DNA of 64,000 nt from the human T2T-CHM13v2.0 reference genome, Homo sapiens (GCF_009914755.1 NC_060937.1); one strand, 5' to 3'. Positions 41,905 through 57,525 are shown, counted from the first letter of the stretch. Notes: generated by a model from the letters alone, not told the origin. Made by a program: numbers and translations.

Positions 41905-42110
41905 TTAGCAGCAATGACTATAGTTAACAATAATATATAGTTTCAAAGAGCACCAAGGAGGATTTGAATGTTCCCTACACGAAGAAATAATAAATGTTAG
42001 AGATGATGGCTAGGCTAATTACCTTGATCTGATCACTGTACACTATATATAAAAACATCACTATGTACTCCATGAATATATACAATTATGATTTGTCAAT
42101 TAAAAAATTA
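41905..42110 (+). mobile_element. L1MA-type 3' end fragment
   Basis: gactatagttaacaataat...aattaccttgatctgatca...tgtcaattaaaaaa. Confidence 0.75.
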
Positions 42111-43789
42111 AACATTACAATTTATCAAGAAAACAACGCTTGTCCTCACTAATGGCAGTTGGGTAGGCATTTCTCTGCCATTATTCAGTTCATAATCTAA
42201 TGGCTTAAAATCACAATTAAAGGCTCCCATCTCTGGGAACACAAACCAACACAAGAGTCCCTAAGAGAGAGGCCGCCAGGGAGTTAGAATTGGACAGGAA
42301 CCAGCTAACTCCAGCCCTTTTTGATTCTGCTGATTTTGATATCTGAATACTAAACAGTATAGGTTGATGATCTGTGTAGCAACCATGTGAGGTACTGTGC
42401 TGTGCCGTGAGTAGCCTGCTCCATTGATAGAGACTTAATAAACTTGGTAAAGCCAAAATCCAAATGGTAGGAGCATTTTGTCTGATTTCTAGTAGCACTG
42501 TTAAACATGCTTTGGAAAAGCTTGGAGGGATGTGTGCCTATGTGAAAGAGGGTTAAGCTACAGAATGCTGCAGTAAATCTTGCCTGGCAATGCAATATTT
42601 TGAAATAGCAAGACACAAATATGAAATTGGCAATATATGCCTTCAGCTGGATAAGTGTTTCAGTGAATTCTTCTAACCCCATTGTGCAAAATCCCAACCT
42701 TCGGACCGAGTTTAAGATTCTAAACAAGAAACTCACACATTTATTATATCAAAAATACCTTTGTCAGGGGCATTATATTCAAGTAAATCAAGCAAAGGCA
42801 TAATTGTCCTTCTCACTCTATCTGCTTTGAGCTATCCATTGAAAGACTAACAGGAAATATATACTTAGGTAATACATATAAATATAATAACAATTCAGTC
42901 AGTTGTTGTTGGTCTGAGTGATTATGTAACGTGGGTCAAGAAATGAAACAATATGGCAAAACCAAAATAGCTGGCCCATCGGCATTGCTGCAAATGCTCC
43001 CTTAGTTGAATGGAGATAACCATAGTTCAATCAAAATAATTGTAAGTTTGCCACCTTTCTTTACACTTCAGTATTAAATACCTGCTGGGAACCTGAAATA
43101 GGCCAGTTTTCCTTGAACTGTATGGAATTAGCAATTGTCACATTTCATTTTTCCAAATCCGTATCATGTCAAATCCTACCTCCCATGGTGTCACATTTTT
43201 CCCTCTTGCCCAGAGGAATATTTTCATGCTAGTCAGTAGGTTGTATTTAGGCAGGCTCTGACACTGCCATAGGGAATATCAGTGCTGCACCAAACACACA
43301 CCCTGCCTCCAGCATCCAGCCTTCAGCCCCATCATAAAAAGGTCAGACGCCATCTTTCAGACCACTAACTGCCATTTCTCTTTATCATCACAAGGAAAGG
43401 CAAACATAGGGTTTGTTGGAAGTGTGTAGAATGCACAGAAGTAAGCAAATTTGGCCTAATGAGTTTGGCAGGGTTGGAATTAGAGAGAATAGAGTGTGAT
43501 GAAGTGAAAGGCACAGCACAGAGACCTGTGATTAGTTAGAAACACCATTTTACCTGTGACAAAGTCAAAGATCACAACATTCTCCAGTCAGTCATCCCCA
43601 GCTGTGGTTAGGCCAGCTGTAAGGCAAGGGGTGCTCTCTGTAGCACTGATTGGCATAAGATTGGTTGTCTCAGGTGGCTGGAATGTACCACTGTCAATAT
43701 GTAATGTACTCAACCCATGGGATGGAATGAACAGTATTTTAAGGACCTAGTTCTTTTTTTCCTAATAAGGAAATACCACTTTAATGACA

Positions 43790-44379
<590 letters not shown>

Positions 44380-44934
44380 CTGACCAAAGTGGCAGAAGCT
44401 AGTAAGAAGTCTGTCCCCTGGGGCACAGGGATCCATCACTGACACTGTTAAGAATTGTTGGCACTGAGTGGAAATAAAAAGCACGGTAAATTTTAGTTGG
44501 TTTTATTATTCTTATTTTAATACTCTGATTCCAATATACTTTCTTGTTGGCTGAACCCTGGGATAGTTTCCGCTGACCCTCTGCCCCTGCTGGAGGTCTC
44601 TAAGCTTCAGTTCACTGATTTGCGTATGGCAATTTCAGCATCTGCTCCTACTACCCCACAGAATTGTGAGGATCAAGGTAGTAATGGGTGAGAAAGTGTT
44701 CTGTAATTGTCAAGCAAGTTTCGCAGTTAAGCACATGATTATCTGAGGTGTGGAGCAGAGTGAATGTGACGGAAAATTGAACCTCACTGGTGATCTCCCA
44801 ACTCTGTCTTTGCTCTTGCTTTAGAATTATTTTCCCTAACCCACAAGTGTTGCAGAAAAGGGGCGATTAACAACAAAATGAGATTCACTAGTTTGAGCAT
44901 CAGCTTGTTTCTTCACTCTCCCTGCTTATTCTGA

Positions 44935-45080
44935 GCAGTTTCTCAAGCTTGGCATGATTGGCCTTTTGGGCCATGTCATTCTTTGTCATAGGGCTATCCC
45001 ATACGATATAGGCTTAGTGGGATTCCTGGTCTCTACCCAGAAGATTGCACCTCCCCCACCACACCCAAGCTGTGACACAA
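44935..45080 (+). mobile_element. MER20-like remnant
   Basis: cagtttctcaagcttggca...attctttgtc...cctggtctctaccca...gctgtgaca. Confidence 0.55.
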
Positions 45081-46030
45081 TGGCAAGAGGTACTGAAGTT
45101 AAGGAAGCCAGAAAATTTTCAAATAGTCTTTATTTCCAAATAGTCTCAAATTTACTTTTCATAAAGCAACCAATTCTGAATTTTAAAACAGCTTGTATGG
45201 AGTTGAATTTGACCTTGGATGAGAATTAGCATTTTAATATACCACTAAATGATAGTGATCCCACTGGGTTGAATACGAAAATCACTCAAGGACTGTAACT
45301 TCCCCCATCTAGAGTCTCTATGTGTTTGTCATAAAGTCATGCTTTATGCACACAATAGATCAGAGGCATTTTGTGAGCAAGCAGCTCTCCTTGTCCCATT
45401 TTGATTTGGTTCATATATTCTACAACCTTTATATGAAAGCAATATCAAAGGATGACTTAGGTCATCATGACTACATCAGGACAATGATAATACTCTGCCT
45501 CTGGCACATATATTCCTTCTCTTAATTCTGCTCTTTCTCCTCCCTACTTTATATTTCAGTTGTCAGATATTAGAGTTGACAAGCTAATGAAAATTGAATG
45601 GACTACTAAAAAACTCACACATACAAAGATAGAGAAATTACTTGAAAATTCCCTGTTTGGGTCAATTCAATGCAGACCCTTGCTTGGCTGCAACTGTAAA
45701 CCCATCCAGCCTCTAAATGGCATTACTCTACAACTGACAACATTGGTCCCTGGGAACACTGCCATAGATTAGGTTAATAGTGGTAAAAAGATGCCTTGCT
45801 GTCTCTCACAAATTGTGCTAGAAGACAATGATGGCCTCCATGGAGGCAAGCAGGTGAACTGATTGCTTAGGGAAATCTCAGAATTGGTTCGTTATACCTT
45901 CCTACTCTTTCCTTTATAGAATCTTTACTTGCCAAATATGTATTTCATGCTACAGATTCATACAGTTGTGAAATGAAGACCACATAAGAGAATCAATATG
46001 TGAAACAAATCCTCTGTGCATATAGAAGCC

Positions 46031-46365
46031 TTTTATTTATTATTATTATTATTATTTTATTTATTTATTTATTTATTTATTTTGAGACGGAGTCTCGCTT
46101 TTGTCGCCCAGGCTGGAGTACAGTGGTGCGATCTCGGCTCACTGCAACCTCTGCTACCTGGGTTCAAGCTTCTCCTGCCCTCAGCCTCCTGAGTAGCTGG
46201 GATTACAGGCACCTGCCACCATACCCAGCTAATTTTTGTACTTTTAGTAGAGACGGGGTTTTGCCATGTTGGCCAGGCTGGTCTCAAACCCCTGACCTCA
46301 GGTGATCTGCCCACCTTGGCCTCCCAAAGTGCTGGGATTACAGGCATGAGCCACTGTGCCTGGCC
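46031..46365 (-). mobile_element. AluS (Sx/Sq-like) with (TTA)n(TTTA)n tail
   Basis: Dimeric Alu on the minus strand; TSD agcctttta on both sides. Confidence 0.95.
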
Positions 46366-46934
46366 AGCCTTTTACTTCTTAAACAAATCTATGGAAATCA
46401 CACTTCTCAAAATTGTGAGCCTCAATAATTTGGAAAACCGGGCTTAATAATCATTAATCCTGATCTACAATTTTATAACCAGAAACTGTACTAGCTGGAA
46501 TGATATCATGCAGGTGCAAGATATTTGATGTGAGTATGAAATGCCAATATTTTAAAAAATGAATTGTATAGGTCCATCAAGTCAAGGCACGTGTGTGTTT
46601 CCTCATGATGTCCATGGAGGCAGAAGTCACAACCTTCTCTTTTTCTTCCTCTCTTCCTTTTTTCCAATTCTTACTACGGGCTTCCATGAGCTAAAAATTG
46701 GTTGGTGTTCACATAGAGACCTGAATAAGTCAACTCCCTGCCCTCCAGGATTGCACAGACAATAAGAGGAAGCAGATATTTATTTAGCAGACTCTTGCAA
46801 TATGTTGTTAGGGGCATTATGACAGAAGGGGGCAAAACAGGCAAAATAGACACAGAAGATATGGGAGGAAGGAGTTCTCAGAAGAGTGTTGAACAGCATC
46901 AAAAGCAGTGGAGAAGTTGAGTAATATGAGTGCA

Positions 46935-47265
46935 GTACTGGGCTGAAGAGTGTCCTCCAAAAATCCATGTCTACCTGGAACTCTGAATATGACTTTATGT
47001 GGAAGTGTGGTCTTTGCAGATGTAATTAGTTAAGTTTACTTTAAATAAGGTCATAGTAGTTTAGGGTGGGCCTAAATCTCATGACTGGCATCCATATAAA
47101 AAGAGGAGACACATGGGGCAAAAACACACACACAGGGGACACCATGTGAAGGCAGAGGTAGAGATTAGGGTGATGCGTCTACAAGCCAAGGAATGCCAGG
47201 CACCTCCTGGGAATGAGGAGAGAGGCATAGAACTGATTCTCCTTCAGATCCTTCAGAAGGCACCC
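46935..47265 (+). mobile_element. MLT1B/C-like MaLR LTR (partial)
   Basis: ggtctttgcagatgtaattagttaag...atgtgaaggcagaggtagagattagggtgatg...acaagccaaggaatgcca. Confidence 0.8.
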
Positions 47266-47572
47266 ACTATAAATAATAAAGGTAGTTTTCCTGTATTATG
47301 CATAATAGTCTTAAATAGTCTTAACTAGGCTTTAAATGCAATTAATCACTAATTTGTAATGTTTGTCTGTTTATTCTCTCAATTTATATTGACAAGAGAT
47401 AAAATAAGAATAACAATAAAATAAAAGCTCTCCTCAAAGAAGTCTGAATTATCGTAGGCCTTTACATATCACATATCTTTTTGTTCTAAATTTTTTTCTA
47501 GCCACGTATGTGATGATGAATTAATATACACTATGATTAATAATTATAAAGGAGCAGCCTGTTCTATTGTAC

Positions 47573-47755
47573 AGAGCTGTGGTTTGTCACCATCGCTGCC
47601 TTTGAGAATCTCCTGGGGAGCTGTTTTAAGTACTGATGCCAGAGTGCCAGCCTCCAGAGATTCTGATTTAATTGGTCTGGTGTGATACGAGATCATTCTT
47701 TTTTTAAAAGCTCCCTAGGGTTTCAGAAGTGCAGCACAGGTTGAAAGCTACCGAT
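47573..47755. mobile_element. MER5-like remnant
   Basis: cagagattctgatttaattggtctgg...tttttaaaagctccctagg. Confidence 0.6.
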
Positions 47756-48589
47756 ATAGAGCAAAGCTTTACTAAAAGCTGATATGTGGAAGCAAAGAAT
47801 GTGAAATGACTCCTGAAGGCACCAAATTGACAATGCAAATCAAATCCAAGAACAAGCTCTAAATGTGTGCTTGTATTTTACTGAATCCCTTTTGTAAACC
47901 CATGCAATATTTTACCCCAATATTATTGCAATACAAACTGGGAAAGATAAGATACTGGAATGTAACCTGCATCAGACAGATAGCAATATCTCATTGATTT
48001 AGAGCAGAGCAGACCAAGTTTTGGAGTAGAGGGAGTAGTTCGATGACTGGCAGAGAAGCGGGTAAGAATTTAAAGACAATAGTAGAATCATTATCTCTCT
48101 GCTACCCTGTTGGGACAAAGCTCTCTAAAATAAGCAACTACACAGAAGGAAAAAAATGGTCATTTGACCATACGTATTTTGAGAGAAACAATTACTTTTT
48201 TAAAAATTTTAAAGTGTGGATTTGAATTTAATTTTTTTATACAAATGAAGTACTTTTGAATACAGAGCTAAGAGTATATTCTTGACAGCTTGAAATAGCT
48301 TCTTCATTTTCCTCTTTGATGCCCATATTTTATTTCATTGTTTTCATAATTTAGAGTAGGCATTATTGTTTCTAAAACGAACATAAAAGCAAAACATAAA
48401 AATCAACAACATGTAAATATTTTAGTGTCAACAGGGAAATCTCTAACTGTACATAAGATAAAATATCTATTATTTTAAAAATAATACATACCTTAAAATC
48501 ATACTCTGAAAAGACTGAATCAAGCAAAAAAAAAGCTTGATGAATGTCCACATAAAACAGTGGGAAGAAAATATGTTTAAAAGTACATT

Positions 48590-50470
48590 TACTAACAAAA
48601 CATGTTCAAGGTCCATATGAGGAGAACGGTAAGGCTCTAATGGAAAAATCAAAGAAGAACCAAATGAATGAAGAGATACTCCATCTTCATGGGTAGGAAG
48701 ACTCAATATTGTCAGAATATCAGTTATTTCCAACTTGATCTATAGATTCAATTCAATCCCAATCAAAATCCCAGTGACTTAGTTGGTGGATTTTGACACA
48801 CTGATACTAAAGTTTACACGGAGAGGCAAAGGTCCAAGAATATCCACCACAATATTGAAGGAGAAAAAGAGTGAGAGGACTAGCACTACCCAACCTCAAG
48901 ACTCACTATACAGTTACCATAACCAAGACAGTGAAGTATTGGTGAAGGAATAGACAGATAGATCAATGGAGCACAGGAAAGAGCAAAGAAATAGACCCAC
49001 ATAAATACAGTCAACTGACCTTTGACAAAGGAACAAAAGCAATACAATAAAGAAAAAGTAGTCTTTTCAACTAACGGTACTGGGACAACTGGAACGTCCA
49101 CATGCAAAACATAAATCCAAACATAGATCATACGTCCTTCATAACATTAACTTAAAATGGATCACGTAAATAAATGTAAAATGCAAAATTATAAAAATCC
49201 TAGAAGGTAACCTATGAGAAAATCTAGATGAACTTAGGTTGTGCTATGACTTTCATATATGACACCAAAGGCATGATTCAGGGAAGAAATAATTAATAAA
49301 CTGGACTTCACTAAAATTAAAAATTTCTGCTTTGCAAATGACTGTCAACATTATGTGAAGAGAAGCCACAGACTGAGAGGAAGGTTTTTTTTGCAATAGA
49401 AATATCTGATTTTAAATATACAAATATCTCTTAAAGCCCAGTAATAAAAAACAATGCAAGTTGATTTAAAAATGGACCAAAGACCTTAACAGATAAGTTG
49501 CCAAAGAAGATATACAGATGGCACATAAACATATGAAAAGATGTTCCACATTATATGTCATCAGGGAAATGCACATCAAAACAACCACTGCACGCCTATT
49601 TGGAATGCTCAAATCCAGAAAACTTACACAATCAAATACTGACAAGAAAGTATTAGACAACAGAAACTCTCATTCACTGCTGGTGGGAATAAAAAAAAAA
49701 TGGTACAACCACTTTAGAAGACAGTTTGATGGTTTCTCATAACAACTAAACATTGTCTTACTACATGATCCACCAGTCATACTCCTTGATATGTACCCTA
49801 AAATGCTAAAAACTTCTGTCTACACGAAAACCTGCATGCAAATATCTATGGCAGCTGCATTCATAATTTGCCAAAACTTGAAAGCAACCAAGATGGCCTT
49901 CAGTAGGCAAATGGATAGGTAAACTGTGGAACATCCAGGCAATGAAGTGTTATTCATCTCTAAAAGGAAATGAGCTATCAATCCATGAACAGACATGGAA
50001 TAAACTTACGTGTGTATTACTAAGTGAAAGGAGCCAATCTTAAAAGCCTACATACCACATGATTCCAACTGCATGACATACTGTAAAAGGCAAAACAATG
50101 GAAACAGTAAAAAGATCAGTGGTTGCCAGGAACTGGGGTGGGGAAAAGAATGAACAGGCAGAGCACAGAAGATTTTTAGGGCAGTGAAAATACTCTGTAT
50201 GATACTATAATCATGGATACATGTCATCATATATTTGTCCAAACCCACAGAATGTATAACACCAAGGATAAACCCTAATGTAAATGATGGACTTTGGGTG
50301 CTAATGATGCGTCATGTAGGTTCATCAATTGTCACAAATGCACCACTCTGGTGGGGGATGTTGGTAACAGGAGAGACTCTGCATGTGGGGGCAAGGGGCA
50401 TAAGGGGAATCTCTGTGCCTTCATCTCACTTTTTCTGAGCATCTAAGAGTGCTGTAAAAACATAAAGTCT
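48590..50470 (+). mobile_element. L1MC-type, ORF2 C-terminal remnant plus 3'UTR
   Basis: Decayed ORF2 motifs (ggaagactcaatattg, gacagatagatcaatggagcac, MAHKHMKRCST) followed by the L1MC 3'UTR. Confidence 0.85.
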
Positions 50471-51258
50471 TTTTTTAAGTACATTTATATCAAGATTTTA
50501 TTCCTGTGGATTTTCCTGCATTCATAACGGAAGAATCACTTATGAATTGTTTGGGTCTAACTGTAATTTTTGTACAAACCATTCATTGTGGGCTAATGTG
50601 TGCTGTTACATTAATGCTGTTAGTAATTCCCTCATGTTTGCTATATATTTTTATCTTTACCTCATTATTGTATATATTAGTGAGACTACAAAACACAAAC
50701 ATTTTAACTGAAATATTAAATACTGTTTTATAAGTGGGATTCATTAAAACAAACATTTGGATAATGAATGACAGGTTAAATTTCATTTAATGATTAATAA
50801 AATAAATATTGCACTAAAAAAGAATAGCCTGAAATACTAGTATTAGTCCTATTATCTCAGCTCAGGGTTGAAAGTACTTAAATTATTAATAAGACAAAAC
50901 AGTCATCTAATTGTTTTCTTTTCTTGTATGACATTTCTGTAACTACAGAACAAGAAAGAAATGTCAATTATATATCAATGAGTAATTCCTGTTAAAGTGC
51001 ATAGTGAAAAATACCAAGTAAGAAACTACAAAAGCTAAAATGGGTTAGCATAATAGTAAGATACTAAACCTGATGCTTTTCAAAAAATTGTTAATTTGGA
51101 GCAAATGGACAGAACACACTGCATTTCTAAACAACCTAATCGATAGTACTCAAATATCTACTGCAGTGTTCTAGGAACATTATTTAAATCAAAGAATGAC
51201 ATAGAACTATCAAGGAACTAACTTATTGAGGAAATATACAACAAATAGTAACAAAATG

Positions 51259-51356
51259 CACAGATTTAAAACTATATTAAACAAACAAAACACACAGATT
51301 TAAAATTATATTAAACTATATTAAATTATATTAAACTATACTAAATTAAATTAAAA
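51259..51356 (+). repeat. AT-rich minisatellite (10-bp unit aa(c/t)tatatta) with a duplicated cacagatttaaaa leader
   Basis: Direct reading. Confidence 0.7.
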
Positions 51357-52473
51357 CTGTGTGAATATTTTCAATCTAGTAAAATCAATGTTGAGTTAAT
51401 TGATCTAAGATATTGTAGAGGATGCTTAATGCTTAAATATCTTAGCATGGGGGCTGTAGTGCAGAAGGATGTTTGGTGCAAATCAGCATGGATCTTCATA
51501 TTCTTTCCCATGGAAAGATTCAAGCCCCTACAGTGTTAGCTCCACTTGGCACCGTATTTCATTAGCAGTGTGGTAGCATTCTATCTCTACATCCACAAAG
51601 AGAGTAGAAGAAAGCTTTGGCAAATACATTGAGGCTAATGAGACACATGATGAAAGGTTAATTTAACATGTTACAAGGCTTTAATCATCAATGTGAAAAA
51701 TGCCCCCCCACAAGTATTGACCTGAGAAAAGATTTCTCCTCATTATGGCTAGGCTAAAAATCAGGATTAAAGCATTAGTAGATTATTATCACTCATGTGG
51801 CCCAATTTTGTTGAGTAGTAAGTCTGTGCACACAACTAAAATGAACACTTTAAATATGGCATTGACAGCTTCAATAAAATTATACTTGTAGTAAATTTTA
51901 GACTTCAGGCAAATACACATCTGGATGCTTACTCAATCAGGGTTGTTGTAATATTGAATATTAATCTGGCCCATAGATAAATTACAGCCTGATTTTCTGA
52001 TCTATGAATTCAGGAAATGGGCTGAAAACATTTTTAGGTAAAACTTTCCGAAGTTTTTTCAACTTGAGTTGTGTGGAATTCTAGGGATTCTGCATACTTG
52101 GTTTTAGATTCCTTTTTTTTGAAACACATTTTAATGATTTTTGAAATAAAAATATACATACTTTAAAGGAGAGGGATTAAAATTTTTCTCTTAAATTTGA
52201 GAGTTTAGACAAACTCTCAAGTTAAGTACTTGTACCACCTTTCCAGCCCATATACATGTATAAAACAATGTTGTCAAACAGATGTTATTTTCTGTCTGCT
52301 CTTGATACATTTCAATAAAATACATAAGTAATATATTCAAATACAACAGCCATTCACATTCACAGGAAAGAAAAGGCATTGTTGAAATAAGACATGAATT
52401 ATTGTGTTCAGGAGGACTTTGGGGAGGCTTCCTAGACCAGAGAAAATTTGGCTATAGTTATGTTATGTCACAT

Positions 52474-53078
52474 ATACATTATGTGACAATGAAGCAATAT
52501 TAAAAAAGAAGAACCCACAAATAACTCAAGTTCAAAGACAAAAATAAATTCTAGCTTTAAAGTTAAAAGCTGAAAAGTGCCAGAATTTTCTAACTGCACA
52601 ATCTAAAAGCCAATCCATTGTTGCCTGCTAATTAAGCCACCACGGGGTTTCATATAATTAATAGCAAATCGTCTCTGAATGGAAAAATAAAATAGTTGCA
52701 ACATGCCTTTACATAGACATGCATTTTAGACAGTCTGTCTTTAAACTATAGTATCAGGACAGACTTTCCATGTAGAAGAGATGATTAATTATGTCTTGGG
52801 TTGGGTGCTCTCTTTATTTTCTTTTCTCTCAGGCTAGAAAAGCTTTGGTTTCTATAATTACTTCTCATTTATCTCTAGTTAAATGTGGGCGAAATTTTCT
52901 ATTAATTAAATTTGAATTCACTCTAATTGGTAAGTTTAAAACGACAGGAATAAATTATAGCACATATTGCAACTCAAATAAGGCTGAATTAAACAGATAC
53001 ATTATGTGGCAATGAAGCAATGTTAAGAAAGAAGATCCCACAAATTCTTCAAGTTCAAAGACTAAAATAATTTCTGGC
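52474..53078 (+). repeat. 82-bp dispersed direct repeat pair (52474-52555; 52997-53078)
   Basis: About 72/82 identical, ungapped, by manual alignment. Confidence 0.88.
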
Positions 53079-55060
53079 ATTCTGTTAAGGTTAGAAAATA
53101 AGGATTCTCTTTTATTAGGCAAATGTTTGGAAGAAGCATTTGAAGGCTACCACTTATAGAATCAAAGATAATTTTCCTACACAGAGCAGAAAAAGAGGAC
53201 TCACTGAAGACTCCAAATTATGAACTATTTTTAATCATTTATTTGGCTTAGTTATTTATAATCAATTTACTCTGTTGATTTCTAAACATAAAAAATATAT
53301 AGATAGCAAATGGACTATCAGGGACTTCATGAAGCCATTGTTTTTGATTAAGGAAAGGTGTGGTAGCTATTCTGCTTAAGTGGCCCCTGTTGTATGAATT
53401 TTGCACCAATGTTTGCTGATGTATTTCCTTCCTTTAGTGAAGCAGGAGGTGATGCCTATCAGTAAATATCAGTAGACATATTCTGCATTTTCTTCTCTCC
53501 ACACTCAGAAGGAAAGAATTTTAAAACTCAGCCTCGCATTTTAAAACATATTGAATTATAAAACTTTTAATGCAGGGAAATCCCTCAGAAATTCTCCAGC
53601 CTGATTTCCTCATTTCACAGATGAGTAATCAGTTGCTCTGGGAGAGGATGTTATCTGCCCAAGGTCACTTAGCTAATAGGAAATCTAATCTGCGACTAAT
53701 GACAAATGTGTGCTCTTTCTTTCACACCAAGCACTTGTGGGCATTTTTTTTTTCTTGTCAGTGATATAGGTGAACACAATTTCATAAAACTTGCAGATGG
53801 ACAGAAACTGAGAGGAAGATCTAATGTGTGAGAAATGATAAAATAAGAGTTCAAAAGAAGGTTGGCAACTTAGAGAGGTAGAAAGAAAATGGCAGAATAC
53901 AATTTTATAGAAATCAGTGTAGAGTTCTCCTCTGAGTTAACCACACATGCACAGACTCCTCACACATTTAGTTATGGAATGAAGAAGGTACATCTTAAGA
54001 AGAGCTTGTACCAGGACAGCTAGTTGCAGAAAGACTAGCTTAAGTGGGTTTCATGAATCCAAGTGCAGTGTCTGCTGTACTGAAGTTAATGGTCTGTTAA
54101 TTTGGTTTAGAGACAGAAGACTTGGGCTAAAGTCCCAACCAGGTGTGACTATTATCTGGGTATCATCTGTAATTTTTAAAAATGTATTCCTCCCATACTA
54201 GATCATAAGAGCTAGAAGGGGGGCACCATTCTTGATGTATTATCTCCTATATCCTAGGATTTTGCGCTGCGCCAAGCATACAGTAGACACTCCATTAGTA
54301 CTTGTTAAATCAATTATTAAGGTAATGTAACTTATCCTCTCTGAGCCCCAGTTTTCTCATTTATAAAATTAAGAACCTACAGTTGTGAAAGTGTTTTGGA
54401 AACTCCAAAGTGCTGTGGTAACATAAGCAATTGCTACTGTCATTGAGAAATGCTACCAATAATACTTAGAGAATTTGATACAACTCAGTCTGAAAAAGCT
54501 AAGATTAGCAGAACAGAGCTGTCTCCAAATATTTGAAGAACTATTTTATTTAAGGGATTGGACCCATTTTTGTATGTAGTTCCAGAGGAGCAGATGGTGA
54601 CCACTGTCCAGGCAGATGTGTCTCAATGTAAGGACAACATCTGTAATATTAATAATTAGAATGTATCCTGTAATTTTCTGTCTACCCTTGGAAACCAGTC
54701 GAGATCCAGAGTCTTTCACTGGGAGGCTTAAAGCCTAGAGCAGCCTTGGTGCTAGAGGCGGACAGGGATAATGAACTAATCTTGAACCAATTCATCCATA
54801 GCAATCTCAATGCTTTCGTTAGCTCTTATAGGTATTTAATACGGCCAAAGGAATGAAGGTAGTCTTGCTGGTTTAGAAGCCCTGCCTACCACAACCCCTA
54901 CACCACCCCATCCCCTGCATAGTCTGATGTCATCACTAGTGGAAATGTTTAAACAGCAGTGAATATGCATGATAGACAGAATCTTGCATTGGATAAAGAG
55001 TGAATCTTTGAATTTCAAGGTCATATTCAGCTGAATATAAGCTAGAGAAATTGGAACTTA

Positions 55061-55320
<260 letters not shown>

Positions 55321-57067
55321 GGATTGGAAAGAAGAGATATGAACTTCTCTTTTTGCTTCCCTGAAGTAGAGAAAGCAGAGCTTAAGAAACAATTTATATG
55401 GACTATGTGTTCCAACTTCCTAAAAATCACCATATAAAATTCTATGTAGGAAATAAAAATAATTGCAGATTAACACAGTTTATATATTAATCACATCAGT
55501 TTATAAATATAATGCATACACATGAAAAACACACAAAAATGTGTGTTCTAATAAAGAAATTAGATAGAACAGTTCTTAATTTACTTATTTTCATTTTGGC
55601 ACTTCTGTGAACTTGGTTGTCAAATGCATTAACCCAAAGAAAACTTAGCAATTTGATGAACCTTGAATCCATTTAGAATTTGTCTTCTCTGCTAGAAAAA
55701 GAGAATGTATGTTTTTAGAAAAACATTTGGCCCACAGATGATATGAGAAAAAGCTTTTCCCATTTAAATAGCTGCTATTTTTATAAATGGAACCACATCA
55801 ACTCTTCCATAAGGAGAAAACACACTCTTGTGAAGAGCCGAGAATTTCTGGGGTGAGTGTGTGTGTGTGTTAGAGTTGCCAAGTAGCTTTCCCTTACATT
55901 TAAGCAACATATCTTAGGAAAGAAAAGAGATGCACTTAGAGTTATTTCCCTGTCCCTGTGCAGGTTAGTATAGCAGAGTGGAGGTCTTAAGGGAGGATAG
56001 GGGGCCTAGGGAAAAAGTGTAATGATGCCTAAAGGATTTCCTGGAAGTTGGCAGGTAATGTGAAATGAAATTGGAAGGGTGAGGAGGCTGTGTTCCCCCT
56101 GATGCCAGTGTGTGCTTTCATTTGATATTAATAGTTATTGAGCCAAGGGGGAAACATCTTTACCTTGTAAAATAATTCATTGCTATCAATTACGCACATG
56201 AGCTAGAATGTTCAGGCCACGTTCACAAACTTCTCAATTAGAAACGCTGTATTTCTGAAAGTAATTATAAAATACATTGCATGGCAATGTTTTTCCAAGA
56301 TAAAGAAAAATTCATGGAAGCGTTACACAACTTTCTGAAATTCAAAACCAGCCTAGTCAACAGGGACTACCTTCTACAGATTCATTTTCTTATTCACGTG
56401 GTGCGCTTACGAGTTCCATTAATATAGATGAAAATTACACATAGGTATCCAGAAAAGACATCTGAGGCCTTCCACACTTCACATTATTATCAGTGGGGAT
56501 ATCAGAGGGCAGCTTTCTTTCTGCATCATCTCTCTGAGTGAAAGCTGGTTATTTAACTTCATTTGTCAGCTAATCAGCCAGAACGTGAAGCTATTAAAAT
56601 TTAGAACTGTCCTCTGGAAAGGTAGATGTTCCGTGAAACGCCAAAATGAAAATTACCTGGTGTTATGATGACCACCTTAACTTGAAGCCATCATCATTAG
56701 GATGCATTTCTCAAGGCAGCGTACAGGGCACACATGGATAATCATCAGACTGTATTTTCATCTGAAGCTTGCCATTCAGGGACTCCATCCTCAGTTCTGG
56801 GACAATAGACTAAATCCCCTCTCAATTTATACAAATCAGTGTCAGATCTCAGCTGGCAAAAGGCAGCCTTCGAGGGTGTCTCCTTCAAAATGGAGAAGAC
56901 CACAGCTCCAGCTAGAGTCACTGAAAGGCAAGAAGAGCATAAGAAAATCCCAGCTGCAGAACAAAACCCATGGTTCTTCCACAGCACATCTCATTGCTGA
57001 GATCTGGTCGCATGAAGCATGTTCTATAGCTACTCTTCTGTGTCTCCTGGTAATTTATGTGCAATAC

Positions 57068-57525
57068 TGTCTTAGTACATTCGGTATTCTTTGTACATTC
57101 AAAATACCATGAACTGGGTGGCTTCTAAACAACAGAAATTTATTTCTCACAGTTCTGGAGGCTGGGAAGTTCAAGTTCAAGGCCCTGGCAAATTCAGTTT
57201 TTGGTGAGGGTTTCCATTTCATAGTCAATGCCTTCTTTTTGTGTCTTCACAGGGTGGAAAGGGCAAGGGTTGTCTCTCAGGCCTTTTTTAAAATGAAGTT
57301 GTTAATCCCATTCATGCAGGTGTCACCCTCATGACCTAATCAACTCCCAAAGACCTTTGTTATTTGGCTTCTAGTTATAGATGTTTCAAAAGGCGAAGTG
57401 TTGTACCTTTTCAAGCTTTGTATAGTACTATCATCTGACTGCTTTATTCCCCCAAAATTCATATGTTGAAATAGTCATCTCAAAGGGGATGGTATTAGAC
57501 AGTGGGGCCTTTGGCAGGTATTTAG
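57068..57525. mobile_element. MLT1A/MST-like LTR in two oppositely oriented pieces (57068-57355 minus; 57426-57525 plus)
   Basis: aacaacagaaatttatttctcacagttctggaggctgggaag (minus piece) and cccccaaaattcatatgttgaaa (plus piece). Confidence 0.75.

Noticed and set aside
56702-57112. 136-aa plus-strand ORF
   Set aside because: No recognisable domain, ends inside an LTR, and its length is compatible with chance in 64 kb.
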